Assembly: GCA_016235825.1 (NCBI GenBank)
Contig: JACRIL010000152.1
Span: 53,414 to 117,413, forward strand
Direction of reading: 5' to 3'
Source: Planctomycetota bacterium
GTDB lineage: Bacteria; Planctomycetota; Phycisphaerae; SM23-33
DNA length: 64,000 nt
The position numbers and the translations under genes were made by a program. This document shows positions 9,070 to 16,513 of this stretch, one piece after another. Position 1 is the first letter of the stretch. Each line of letters begins with the position of its first letter. Under the pieces are notes generated by a model. That model did no database searches. It saw only the letters and a list, made by a program, of their open reading frames with translations, and was not told where the DNA came from.

Positions 9070-10487
9070 CTGAGTTTTGCCCCCGCGACGGCTATGCAGG
9101 CAACAGATTCTTTCGTGGGGGCAACGGGTGTGAGCATCCCTGCCGTGTGGGGGCCAAAAATCCATCCTGCCCGGCAAAACTTTTGTGTTCTCACGGCCTT
9201 TTTCATCCGCGATAATTGAGTGCATGATGACCAACACAAACAACTTGACCGCCGCAGCCCGCCGATGGACAATGCCCGTCCCTGAAAGGACACGGCGAAA
9301 TGAACAAAATCGAAGAAATCGAATCGCGGCAGAGGGATTTAGAGCAGAAAATGGCGGTGATTCAAGCATTACTCGGCCCAACGACGGAAAAACTGTTTGG
9401 GAAATTCGACGCGATAATTGCCTTGTTGGCGAATATTTGGGATGCCAAAAAGCCCTAACGAGGCCGTTTTCCGGGTTTCTCTTTTTCTTGCGAGACGTCG
9501 CAGGGAGAGCAGCCCAGCACAGCGCAGAGATGCACCTGGCATGCATGGATATCCCACAAGCGGGCTTCAAGCACCTTGAGCCTGTCCGCAAAATCCCGTT
9601 GTTCCTTTTTCCGTTTTGCCATCTAATATCTCCCTGTATGAATGTCCGGGCCTTGCGGCCCCTGACAAGCAGCTTGACCGGCGGCGGACCCGGCCTTCTA
9701 ATGGCGGGACCTGAAAGGAACCGGCGAAATGGGCGACAAACTGAAATCGGCGACGAATTGCAAAGACAGCAAAAGAGGAGAGGCGTTCCTGAAAATACCG
9801 GAATTACAGCGGCACCAGCAGATAATCGGCCTTCTGGAAGAGATACTGAAAGTCGTGAAGGCGATACGGGACGGCCGGAAATAGGCCTAGTATCGCCTGT
9901 CGGCTGCTGTAACATTGAACGCGCAACCCTTGCATTTATAATTCCGGTTGCGCGAACCGTCCGAATTTTTACGCTTGTTGCATTTGCCTTCGAGCGCCCA
10001 CATAAGCATGGCGCACCGTATCTCCTTGCTTGCAATTTTGACCGTAGCCTCGATTCTTCGCAGGCCCTCCAGCACCGCCTCGGTCTCCGGGTTGAATTTT
10101 TGCTTCCGCGCCATGTTTCTTCTCCTGTATTATGTGTTCGCCCTTCGGGCGATGTGTGTAAAAGTGAACCGGCCAGGACTGGGAGCCCTGACCGGTTCGC
10201 GACGAGCGCTGCTTCCGGCGAAGGATTTTCGCCCGTCGCAATAAGTGAACCGGCCTCAAGGGGGGCTTGAAGCCGGTTCGCAGTGGGTGTTGCCTCTGAT
10301 AAAGAAACGCCCACCGCATGTTCGTTTCTCTCGTCTTTAGTGTTGAGTATCAGAGGCATGAGTTAATAATACAAAAGAATACAAAGAAAGGCAAGAAGAA
10401 AATGTTCAATCTTTGTATATTTACATAAACTTAGGTCTTTAAGCATTTTAACTATACGTATATTTTCCAAAAGGATAGAATACTGAC

Positions 10488-11135
10488 ATGGGCATAGGAC
10501 TAAAAATCAGACTTATTCGTGAAACAAAAGGTTTAACGCAAATTGAATTGGCCAAACTTATTGGGGTCGATAATCAGACTATTAGTAACTGGGAAAACAA
10601 TAAAAACACTCCCAGAGGCGAGATGATGGGACGACTTGCAGAAGCTTTTGGATTAACTCCTGAAGAAATTTCCAAGGATATATCACTGGAAAAGGATGTT
10701 GAGGAATACTACATATATTTAATGCAAATATGGGCTTTTCTTCCTATAGAAAAGTATGATTTAGCTTTTGCATTGATGGCAGAATTACTTACATTGCCTC
10801 AACGCAAAGTAGCCTATAACCTATTGAAAAAACTAGCCTTAATTAAAAATGAAACTTTACTACCTTTGCCAACAGACTCATTGGATGAGTCGGCTCGCAA
10901 AATTGGCAAACAATTTCCTCGAGATCCGGTAGCTTCAGATAAACCGGCCCCTGCTTCCGGCTTCGCCGAGGCTTCGCCGGACAAGTCACCGGAGACTTTG
11001 CAGGGCAAAAGCCCGGCGGGGTCGAAAACTCCGCTGGCGGACATGGCCCAGAAAGCTGTCGGGCAAGTCCGTCATCGCGAAGAATCCCGGCAAGAAGCTC
11101 AGCGGCAACAGCCCCGCCGGAAGGCAGGCGCGTGA
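10488..11135 (+). CDS. XRE-family (Cro/CI-type) HTH transcriptional regulator, candidate prophage repressor
   Basis: N-terminal LIRETKGLTQIELAKLIGVDNQTISNWENNKNTP HTH_3 motif; sits in a ~35% GC patch (10360-10900) with AT-rich promoter-like upstream region; C-terminal Pro/Ser/Ala-rich tail is GC-rich. Confidence 0.7.
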   Translation: MGIGLKIRLIRETKGLTQIELAKLIGVDNQTISNWENNKNTPRGEMMGRLAEAFGLTPEEISKDISLEKDVEEYYIYLMQIWAFLPIEKYDLAFALMAELLTLPQRKVAYNLLKKLALIKNETLLPLPTDSLDESARKIGKQFPRDPVASDKPAPASGFAEASPDKSPETLQGKSPAGSKTPLADMAQKAVGQVRHREESRQEAQRQQPRRKAGA

Positions 11136-11389
11136 GGACTTGACAGAGCATGGAAATCCTGGCATCCTTGCACTCGTGGACTTCCCCGGCAACCATGCCC
11201 GGGATCACACAAATGTTGGCATTCATGGCAGTCGCCCTGAAATTGTCCGGTCCGCCCGTTGCCGGCCCGGTCGAATAACCTGGCATAATCGACCGCCCGG
11301 CGGGATTGGCCGTATACTGAATGTTAGGGATGCGTTAGTATGAAGGCAAGGGAAAAATAGGACTTTTTTGATTTTACGAGGTGATTCTC

Positions 11390-12739
11390 ATGGCCAAACT
11401 GTGGGACAATATAAAGGCGCAGATTCGCTATCTGGCCGCACTCGACCCGGTGGATGGCCAGAAGATCGAGGAGTGGGGCAAGCTCTTGGCTGGCCAGCTC
11501 TACGCTAGGCGGGATAAATTCGACCTGCGGCAGGTTCTGGCCGAGACAGGCATTCGGGAACCTTGGGAAAGGCGGGCAATCGAAGCCGCCTACGGCCTGC
11601 TGATCGAGCGGGTCTGGAAGGACCAGAAGGTTACGGCGGGCGAGCGGTCGGCCCTGGATTGGTCGGCCAGGATGCTCAATCTGAGGCCGGATGACGCAGC
11701 CAGGCTGGAACTTCAGACCGGCTTGCAGGTCTTCGGAAAATGCCTGGCCGATGCGATGGACGGCGGCGAGATTGCTCCCGAGGATAAAATCCGGTTGTCG
11801 ATCATAGCCGGCGACCTGAACGCCTCTGTCCCGCTGCTTATGGGGCAATTCTTCGCCTCGCAGGGGGGGGCGTTTCTCCGCGGTATGTTCGTGAATTTCG
11901 CCGAGAATCATCAGTTTAACGATGCCGCTTTGGGCAAAGTCCTGGATGCCGTAGGATTTTTGGGGCTGGGCAAAAACGCCTTTCTGTCGGCCATCAGATT
12001 GCAGGCAATGCAGACCGCCGAGGAATATCTGGCCAGCGCCAAGGCCGACGAAAATCTCAGTCCCGAGGAGGAAAAGACGATCCTCTGGATGCTGGATAAC
12101 TTCGGTTTTGATGCCGAGCACCGTAAATATTTTGAGGATGAGATCGTGGATATGAAGTCCCTGATGGCCGTCAGGGACGGTAAATTGCCGACGATCAGCG
12201 CCCGGGATGTCGAACTGGATTCAGGCGAACTTGCCCATTATCAGGGACCGGCCTCATATATCGACGCGAAGCGGAAGAAGACCGGAGAGGGAAACGCCAA
12301 ACGCGGCAGGCTCACGATAACAGATTCCCGGATCATCTTCGCGTCAGTCGACGGCTCGCACCAGTTGAAACATTCCAAGGTTCTTGAAATCCAGAGCGAT
12401 CACAGCAACGCCTTCAAGGTCATGGCCTCCGGCAGAGGGGGCGGCATATATGTCCTGGACAGGGTGCCTCGGATGGCTGCCGCAATTTATACCTTTGCAG
12501 TCCGGCGCGTAAAACGGACTGCCCATGAAAAATACGAAGGCCTGCCTTCACGGCATATTTCGCGCGATGTCCGCCAGCGTGTTTTTCAGAGATATGGCGG
12601 CCGCTGTGCGGAGTGCGGGGCAAGCCAGTATCTTGAACACGATCACATAATCCCTGTGGAAAAGGGCGGCAGCAACAGCGACCAGAACGTTCAGCTTCTC
12701 TGCCGCAAGTGCAACCTCAAGAAACGTAATCTTATATAG
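11390..12739 (+). CDS. Multidomain HNH endonuclease (TerB-like helical repeats + bPH/GRAM-like domain + C-terminal HNH)
   Basis: C-terminus RYGGRCAECGASQYLEHDHIIPVEKGGSNSDQNVQLLCRKCNLKK = canonical HNH (H-N-H with CxxC...CxxC). Middle GRLTITDSRIIFASVDGSHQLKHSKVLEIQ resembles bacterial PH/GRAM. N-terminal DGEIAPEDKIRLSIIAGDL-type repeats resemble TerB. SD gaggtg 8 nt before ATG 11390. Confidence 0.6.
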   Translation: MAKLWDNIKAQIRYLAALDPVDGQKIEEWGKLLAGQLYARRDKFDLRQVLAETGIREPWERRAIEAAYGLLIERVWKDQKVTAGERSALDWSARMLNLRPDDAARLELQTGLQVFGKCLADAMDGGEIAPEDKIRLSIIAGDLNASVPLLMGQFFASQGGAFLRGMFVNFAENHQFNDAALGKVLDAVGFLGLGKNAFLSAIRLQAMQTAEEYLASAKADENLSPEEEKTILWMLDNFGFDAEHRKYFEDEIVDMKSLMAVRDGKLPTISARDVELDSGELAHYQGPASYIDAKRKKTGEGNAKRGRLTITDSRIIFASVDGSHQLKHSKVLEIQSDHSNAFKVMASGRGGGIYVLDRVPRMAAAIYTFAVRRVKRTAHEKYEGLPSRHISRDVRQRVFQRYGGRCAECGASQYLEHDHIIPVEKGGSNSDQNVQLLCRKCNLKKRNLI

Positions 12740-12750
12740 GAGATCCAAAC

Positions 12751-13449
12751 ATGAAAACGACGATCGTCGCTCTCGCGTGTCTATTTGTTGCCGCTCTGTC
12801 AGCCCTCGCCCAGACCAGCCGGCCGGCCTCGGCGCCGGCATCGCAACCAGCCTCAGGCCCGGCCGAAGATATTGCTATCCTTGTGCAGTGCGGGGAAAAG
12901 GCAAAACCCATCTTCGATAAAATAAGGGGGCATATAATTGACCATCTTAAAACGCTCAGTTCAAACCAACGTTTTTATATTATTCTCTGGGAAGGATGCA
13001 GAACTGACGATCCAAAATTTAAAGATCATTATCGAAGCCTTTTACTGGAAGGCCCCGAAAAAAACTTTGTTTCTGCCACGAAAGAGAACCTGGAGAAAAC
13101 TGAAAAACTGATGGTGGCAGATTTTCTGACACGATCCGGGGGCAATCCGTATCCGGCAGTAGATCGCGCCTTGGCTTTGCTTCGCACAAGCAAGGCATCG
13201 AAGCGGATTATTTTTATGGTCCACAATCTCGGTGATTTGGAAGTGGTTGACGATAATGCCGGGACTAAAGATAGTCATATCAAAATTCTTCCTAAAATAG
13301 CGACCCAAGCCAAGGCAGCAAGGATCAAGGTTGATTCAATCAGTTTTGAAGCAGTCAAGGATACTGAAGGTATTGCAACAGGATATTTAGAAAAAAATCT
13401 CTCCACGCCTACCGGCGGTACTGTTACAAAAATCGATATATCCAGATAG
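12751..13449 (+). CDS. Secreted protein with PAS-rich linker (possible vWA-like fold)
   Basis: Signal peptide MKTTIVALACLFVAALSALA followed by SRPASAPASQPASGPAE linker; lower-GC 3' half. Confidence 0.45.
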   Translation: MKTTIVALACLFVAALSALAQTSRPASAPASQPASGPAEDIAILVQCGEKAKPIFDKIRGHIIDHLKTLSSNQRFYIILWEGCRTDDPKFKDHYRSLLLEGPEKNFVSATKENLEKTEKLMVADFLTRSGGNPYPAVDRALALLRTSKASKRIIFMVHNLGDLEVVDDNAGTKDSHIKILPKIATQAKAARIKVDSISFEAVKDTEGIATGYLEKNLSTPTGGTVTKIDISR

Positions 13450-13455
13450 GCACTC

Positions 13456-13950
13456 ATGCCCCGCAGGCCCAGGCGACAGACAACCACGATGAATCTCATG
13501 CGTCCGCCGACGGCGACGGAGCGGTCGGCCAATCGCCGGGTCTGGAAGCGGATCGAGGAGATCGACGACGAATACGCCTTCAACCTTCAGATGGTCAAGG
13601 ACAGCCAGGACATGGTCCTGAAAAAGGCCTACGCGAAAAACTGCCTGAAGTTCCGGGCCGAATATCGCCGCCTTATGGCCGACCTGCTTCTGGACATGCT
13701 TCACCGCATGGAGCAAGCGGACAAGGCCCCACAGCCCAAGCCGAAGGCCCGGCGGCACACGGCGGCGGAGATCGAATACGAGGCCTGTGAGGTCGCCAAA
13801 CTGCGGAAGATTATCCCCGCGACGGAAGATCCGAAAGACCGCGAAAATTTTCAGGCCCGGATGGATTATCTGATGGGCGAATATGCTGGCGAGGAAAAGG
13901 CGAAGCTGATGGAATGGGTCAAGCGGTGGGAAGAGGGATCCAGGCCCTGA
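13456..13950 (+). CDS. Hypothetical protein
   Basis: 164-aa ORF, 6 nt after preceding gene, coding-like composition, no motif recognised. Confidence 0.35.
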   Translation: MPRRPRRQTTTMNLMRPPTATERSANRRVWKRIEEIDDEYAFNLQMVKDSQDMVLKKAYAKNCLKFRAEYRRLMADLLLDMLHRMEQADKAPQPKPKARRHTAAEIEYEACEVAKLRKIIPATEDPKDRENFQARMDYLMGEYAGEEKAKLMEWVKRWEEGSRP

Positions 13951-13971
13951 TAAAAAAGCCCCGCTGCTGAG

Positions 13972-14214
13972 TTATCTATCGAAAAATTCTTCCTTGGGAA
14001 TCTGGAATTTCCGTGAGATCATGGCCAAATGTGGAGCGCGAACCATAGCGCTGGAACTATTGCAGCATTTATGCTGAAGGCGCATGAAAAACATCCTGCC
14101 TTCAATTACTTTCTGGAGTTTTTTCTCCGCCCCCTTGCCTTGAAGAACATCAACGCCATGTTCCTTTAAAACCTCCATCACCCGATCCCATCTCTGGCAT
14201 CGGCGATGACTCAT
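13972..14214 (-). CDS. HicA/YcfA-like toxin homolog (possibly degenerate)
   Basis: 80 aa, 4-nt overlap downstream of a HicB-like gene; aligns to HicA core (..L..HG......G(S/A)..) but the conserved GSH His appears replaced (KGAEKK). Confidence 0.35.
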   Translation of the reverse strand: MSHRRCQRWDRVMEVLKEHGVDVLQGKGAEKKLQKVIEGRMFFMRLQHKCCNSSSAMVRAPHLAMISRKFQIPKEEFFDR

Positions 14215-14576
14215 GCGTTAACGCTTTCAAGTTCCTGAACGGTCTCGAAAGATGAACCCTTCGGCATTGGAGGGGGCCCCTTTTTCCTCTGAAGAAGTTT
14301 CTCGGCATCCCTGACAAACATCGGGTCTAATTTCTTGGCCCCTTCGGTTTTTTTCCAAAACTCCAGCGGGGCGAGCGAGATAACCTGTACCCGTGAATCC
14401 TTGGCCGCTTCTTCAAGCAGGCAGCGGATGGATGCCTTCAATTCAACTAAGGCCTCTACGACACAATCGCCCATGCCAATCTGATCGGTCGTAAGAGAAT
14501 GTGCGACCCACGCCTTGCCGACGGAATCTTCGCTTGGATAAATCACCCATATATCGCTATGCTTTGGTTGTGTCAT
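14211..14576 (-). CDS. HicB-like antitoxin (UPF0150 / RNase H-like fold)
   Basis: DIWVIYPSEDSVGKAWVAHSLTTDQIGMGDCVVEALVELKASIRCLLEEA matches HicB N-terminal pattern (EDGxxxAxxPDLPGxxTxGDTxEEALxNAKEAL). Confidence 0.5.
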   Translation of the reverse strand: MTQPKHSDIWVIYPSEDSVGKAWVAHSLTTDQIGMGDCVVEALVELKASIRCLLEEAAKDSRVQVISLAPLEFWKKTEGAKKLDPMFVRDAEKLLQRKKGPPPMPKGSSFETVQELESVNA

Positions 14577-14692
14577 TCGCCGTCTCCTTCACTTTCGGCC
14601 GCAATTGTCGCCTTTTCGCAGTGCCCGTCAAGGCAAATCGCCACCGCCCTACCTGAATTATATATCGCTACTATCGGCAAAACCATGACCTC

Positions 14693-15946
14693 TCACCCTA
14701 TTTTTTTCGCCGCCTCGATGGCCAGTGCCAGGTCAAGTTCGGCGTAGTGGTCTGCCATGCCCAGCGAGCGGTGGCCCAGGACGGCCCGGGCGACGTCCAG
14801 GCCCTTGCCCTTGAACTCCTGCCGCAGGCGTGTGGCGGCGGAATGTCGTAGCTGGTGCGGGTGCCAGTGGGGGACCTTCGCGGCCTTGCAGGCGTAGTCG
14901 ACGGCCCGGCCGTAGGATTGAGGCGTGTAGGCCTCGCCGGGCCGTTTCTTGGGCGATTCCTTGACGTTCGTGCCGGGTTCATTGCCCTGGCCGGCAGGCG
15001 TCTGGCGGCCTTCGTGCAAGGCCTTGCGGCGTTGTTTGTCGGCCTGGGCCGGAGAGAAGCAGAAGACGCCGGCGGGCCGGTCGAGATATTTGCGTAAAAT
15101 CTCCTGGGCCTTGGGGCCAAGCGCGATCGCACGTTTGTGGTCGTGATGCTCGGTCTTATGACTGCCGGGGCGGTATATCCAGATCGACTTTTTGCGGTCA
15201 ATGTCGCCGGGCTGCAAGGTAACCAGTTCGCCGGAGCGCATACCAGTCAACTGCTGAATTCGGACCATGTCGGCGACAATAGGCGACATGTGCGGCAGGG
15301 CGGCCTTGACATCTTTTTCCGGCACGGATTCCACAGGCTCGCTCTCCTTGACGCCGGGAACACCTTTGCGAAGTCCCTCTACGGCCAGCAGGCCATGCCA
15401 GACAGTGGCAGGCACAAGCTGTTCCCCGGCCGCCCAGCGGAACATCCGCCGGATGATATTTACCCTCTGATTGATGACTTTGCGGGCGAGTTGGGCAATA
15501 ATCATTTTGTGCCGGACCTCTTTGAGTTTCAGGGGGCCGAAGTCCGCGGCCTGCATTCCTGGGCAAAATTCCACAAGATGCTGAAGGGCATATCGGATAT
15601 TCGCAGCTTCACCTGTGGGCCGGCCGTCCGGCTTGCGATATCGCTGATCGGCATGGGCCAGAAAATTTTTAATCAGACAGGCAAGGCTGCCATCCCACTT
15701 CCCCGGCTCAAAAATTTTCCCGCCGATCTCCGCCTTGAGCACCAGATTGCGGTACAAGTCCCTGGCGACTGCCTCGGCCACGGCCCGGTCCTTCGTGGCC
15801 CATCGCGCCCCCTCAGGCACAAGCGGTCGGGATATATATCTTTCATCCCCAGGCAGTTTTACCCGCCAGTGATAACGGCCGTGATTGAGATAAATGGATC
15901 CCGGAATTTTGTCGCTTTTTGCTGCTGGCTTGGCGGTATTTGTCAT
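14693..15946 (-). CDS. Tyrosine-type site-specific integrase
   Basis: 417 aa; C-terminal catalytic residues HQLRHSAATRL ... LGHRSLGMADHYA (R..HxxR..Y); gene ends 74 nt from tRNA-Ala 3' end. Confidence 0.75.
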   Translation of the reverse strand: MTNTAKPAAKSDKIPGSIYLNHGRYHWRVKLPGDERYISRPLVPEGARWATKDRAVAEAVARDLYRNLVLKAEIGGKIFEPGKWDGSLACLIKNFLAHADQRYRKPDGRPTGEAANIRYALQHLVEFCPGMQAADFGPLKLKEVRHKMIIAQLARKVINQRVNIIRRMFRWAAGEQLVPATVWHGLLAVEGLRKGVPGVKESEPVESVPEKDVKAALPHMSPIVADMVRIQQLTGMRSGELVTLQPGDIDRKKSIWIYRPGSHKTEHHDHKRAIALGPKAQEILRKYLDRPAGVFCFSPAQADKQRRKALHEGRQTPAGQGNEPGTNVKESPKKRPGEAYTPQSYGRAVDYACKAAKVPHWHPHQLRHSAATRLRQEFKGKGLDVARAVLGHRSLGMADHYAELDLALAIEAAKKIG

Positions 15947-16019
15947 AAAACTATCGTAACATATTTACCGCCAAAGTCAAGCCCCTGATATTATTCAATA
16001 TTTACAGCCTTAAACTGAT

Positions 16020-16092
16020 TGGAGACACGGGGGATCGAACCCCGAACCTCTAGCTTGCAAAGCTAGCGCTCTCCCAATTGAGCTATGTCCCC
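16020..16092 (-). tRNA. tRNA-Ala (anticodon UGC)
   Basis: Reverse complement GGGGACATAGCTCAATTGGGAGAGCGCTAGCTTTGCAAGCTAGAGGTTCGGGGTTCGATCCCCCGTGTCTCCA: cloverleaf with G3:U70 Ala identity pair, anticodon loop TT-TGC-AA, TTCGATC T-loop. No encoded CCA. Confidence 0.85.
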
Positions 16093-16132
16093 TCTCGTGC
16101 ACGCAACCTTAAAAGTTGTTCCGCCGGCAAAA

Positions 16133-16206
16133 TGGGCCTGGACCGATTCGAACGGTCGACCTTGCCCTTATCAGGGGCACGCTCTAACCAACTGAGCTAC
16201 AAGCCC
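16133..16206 (-). tRNA. tRNA-Ile (anticodon GAU)
   Basis: Reverse complement GGGCTTGTAGCTCAGTTGGTTAGAGCGTGCCCCTGATAAGGGCAAGGTCGACCGTTCGAATCGGTCCAGGCCCA: near-identical to canonical bacterial tRNA-Ile(GAT); anticodon loop CT-GAT-AA. Confidence 0.85.
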
Positions 16207-16330
16207 GGCCTCAGGATGGCTGGCGCCACCTGTCAAAACGGATTTTACCTGGAAATTTCCCGTCCTTCAAGTATTTTGCCGGCCAATTCAACCTGCCATG
16301 CAACGGCATATCCGCCCATTCCGTCTGGTA

Positions 16331-16454
16331 ATGGGTCAGTTACAGGGGGAGACTAACTTTCGCCATCTTGTGGTGCGGGCGTCTCGCCTGCATTTTTTAT
16401 TCTTAGAGTTGCAGGCAGGATGCCTGCACCACAATCCCCCTGTAACTGACCCAT
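16331..16454. other. Structured inverted-repeat element (possible small regulatory RNA / DNA cruciform) between tRNA genes and glycosidase genes
   Basis: Perfect 20-nt inverted repeat atgggtcagttacaggggga (16331-16350) / tccccctgtaactgacccat (16435-16454), extended by ttgtggtgc (16368-16376) / gcaccacaa (16426-16434); inner palindrome tgcaggca-gga-tgcctgca (16410-16428) and a T-run (16393-16399). Confidence 0.3.
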
Positions 16455-16513
16455 TGCTGCCGTCTGTCGCCTTGAGTCTTGCTTTGCATTGAATCGCGGG
16501 TTATTTTGCGAAC

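Larger units (their letters stand above)
1..16019. mobile_element. Prophage-like integrative element (right portion) ending at tRNA-Ala; continues beyond the left window edge
   Basis: All genes to the left of the tRNA-Ala 3' end are phage-type: tyrosine integrase (14693-15946) directly abutting the tRNA, Xis-like HTH, XRE repressor in an AT-rich patch, RusA, Dam-like methylase, Sak4/AAA_24 ATPase, Cas4-like nuclease, DUF4406, SLT-domain protein, hicBA-like pair. Most genes on the minus strand with 4-nt overlaps. attL not seen inside window. Confidence 0.55.

Noticed and set aside
8659-10359. 566-aa minus-strand ORF
   Set aside because: Only the C-terminal ~137 codons (from MVSTKYGETPW) look protein-like. 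The rest is low-complexity and overlaps several alternative small ORFs on both strands. Treated as a GC-driven open frame, with the short genuine gene annotated separately.
16020-16210. rRNA operon fragment expected around the tRNA-Ile/tRNA-Ala pair
   Set aside because: Flanking sequence encodes a phage integrase on one side and a structured spacer plus glycosidase genes on the other. No 16S 3' end (anti-SD ...CACCTCCTTA) or 23S 5' sequence is present.
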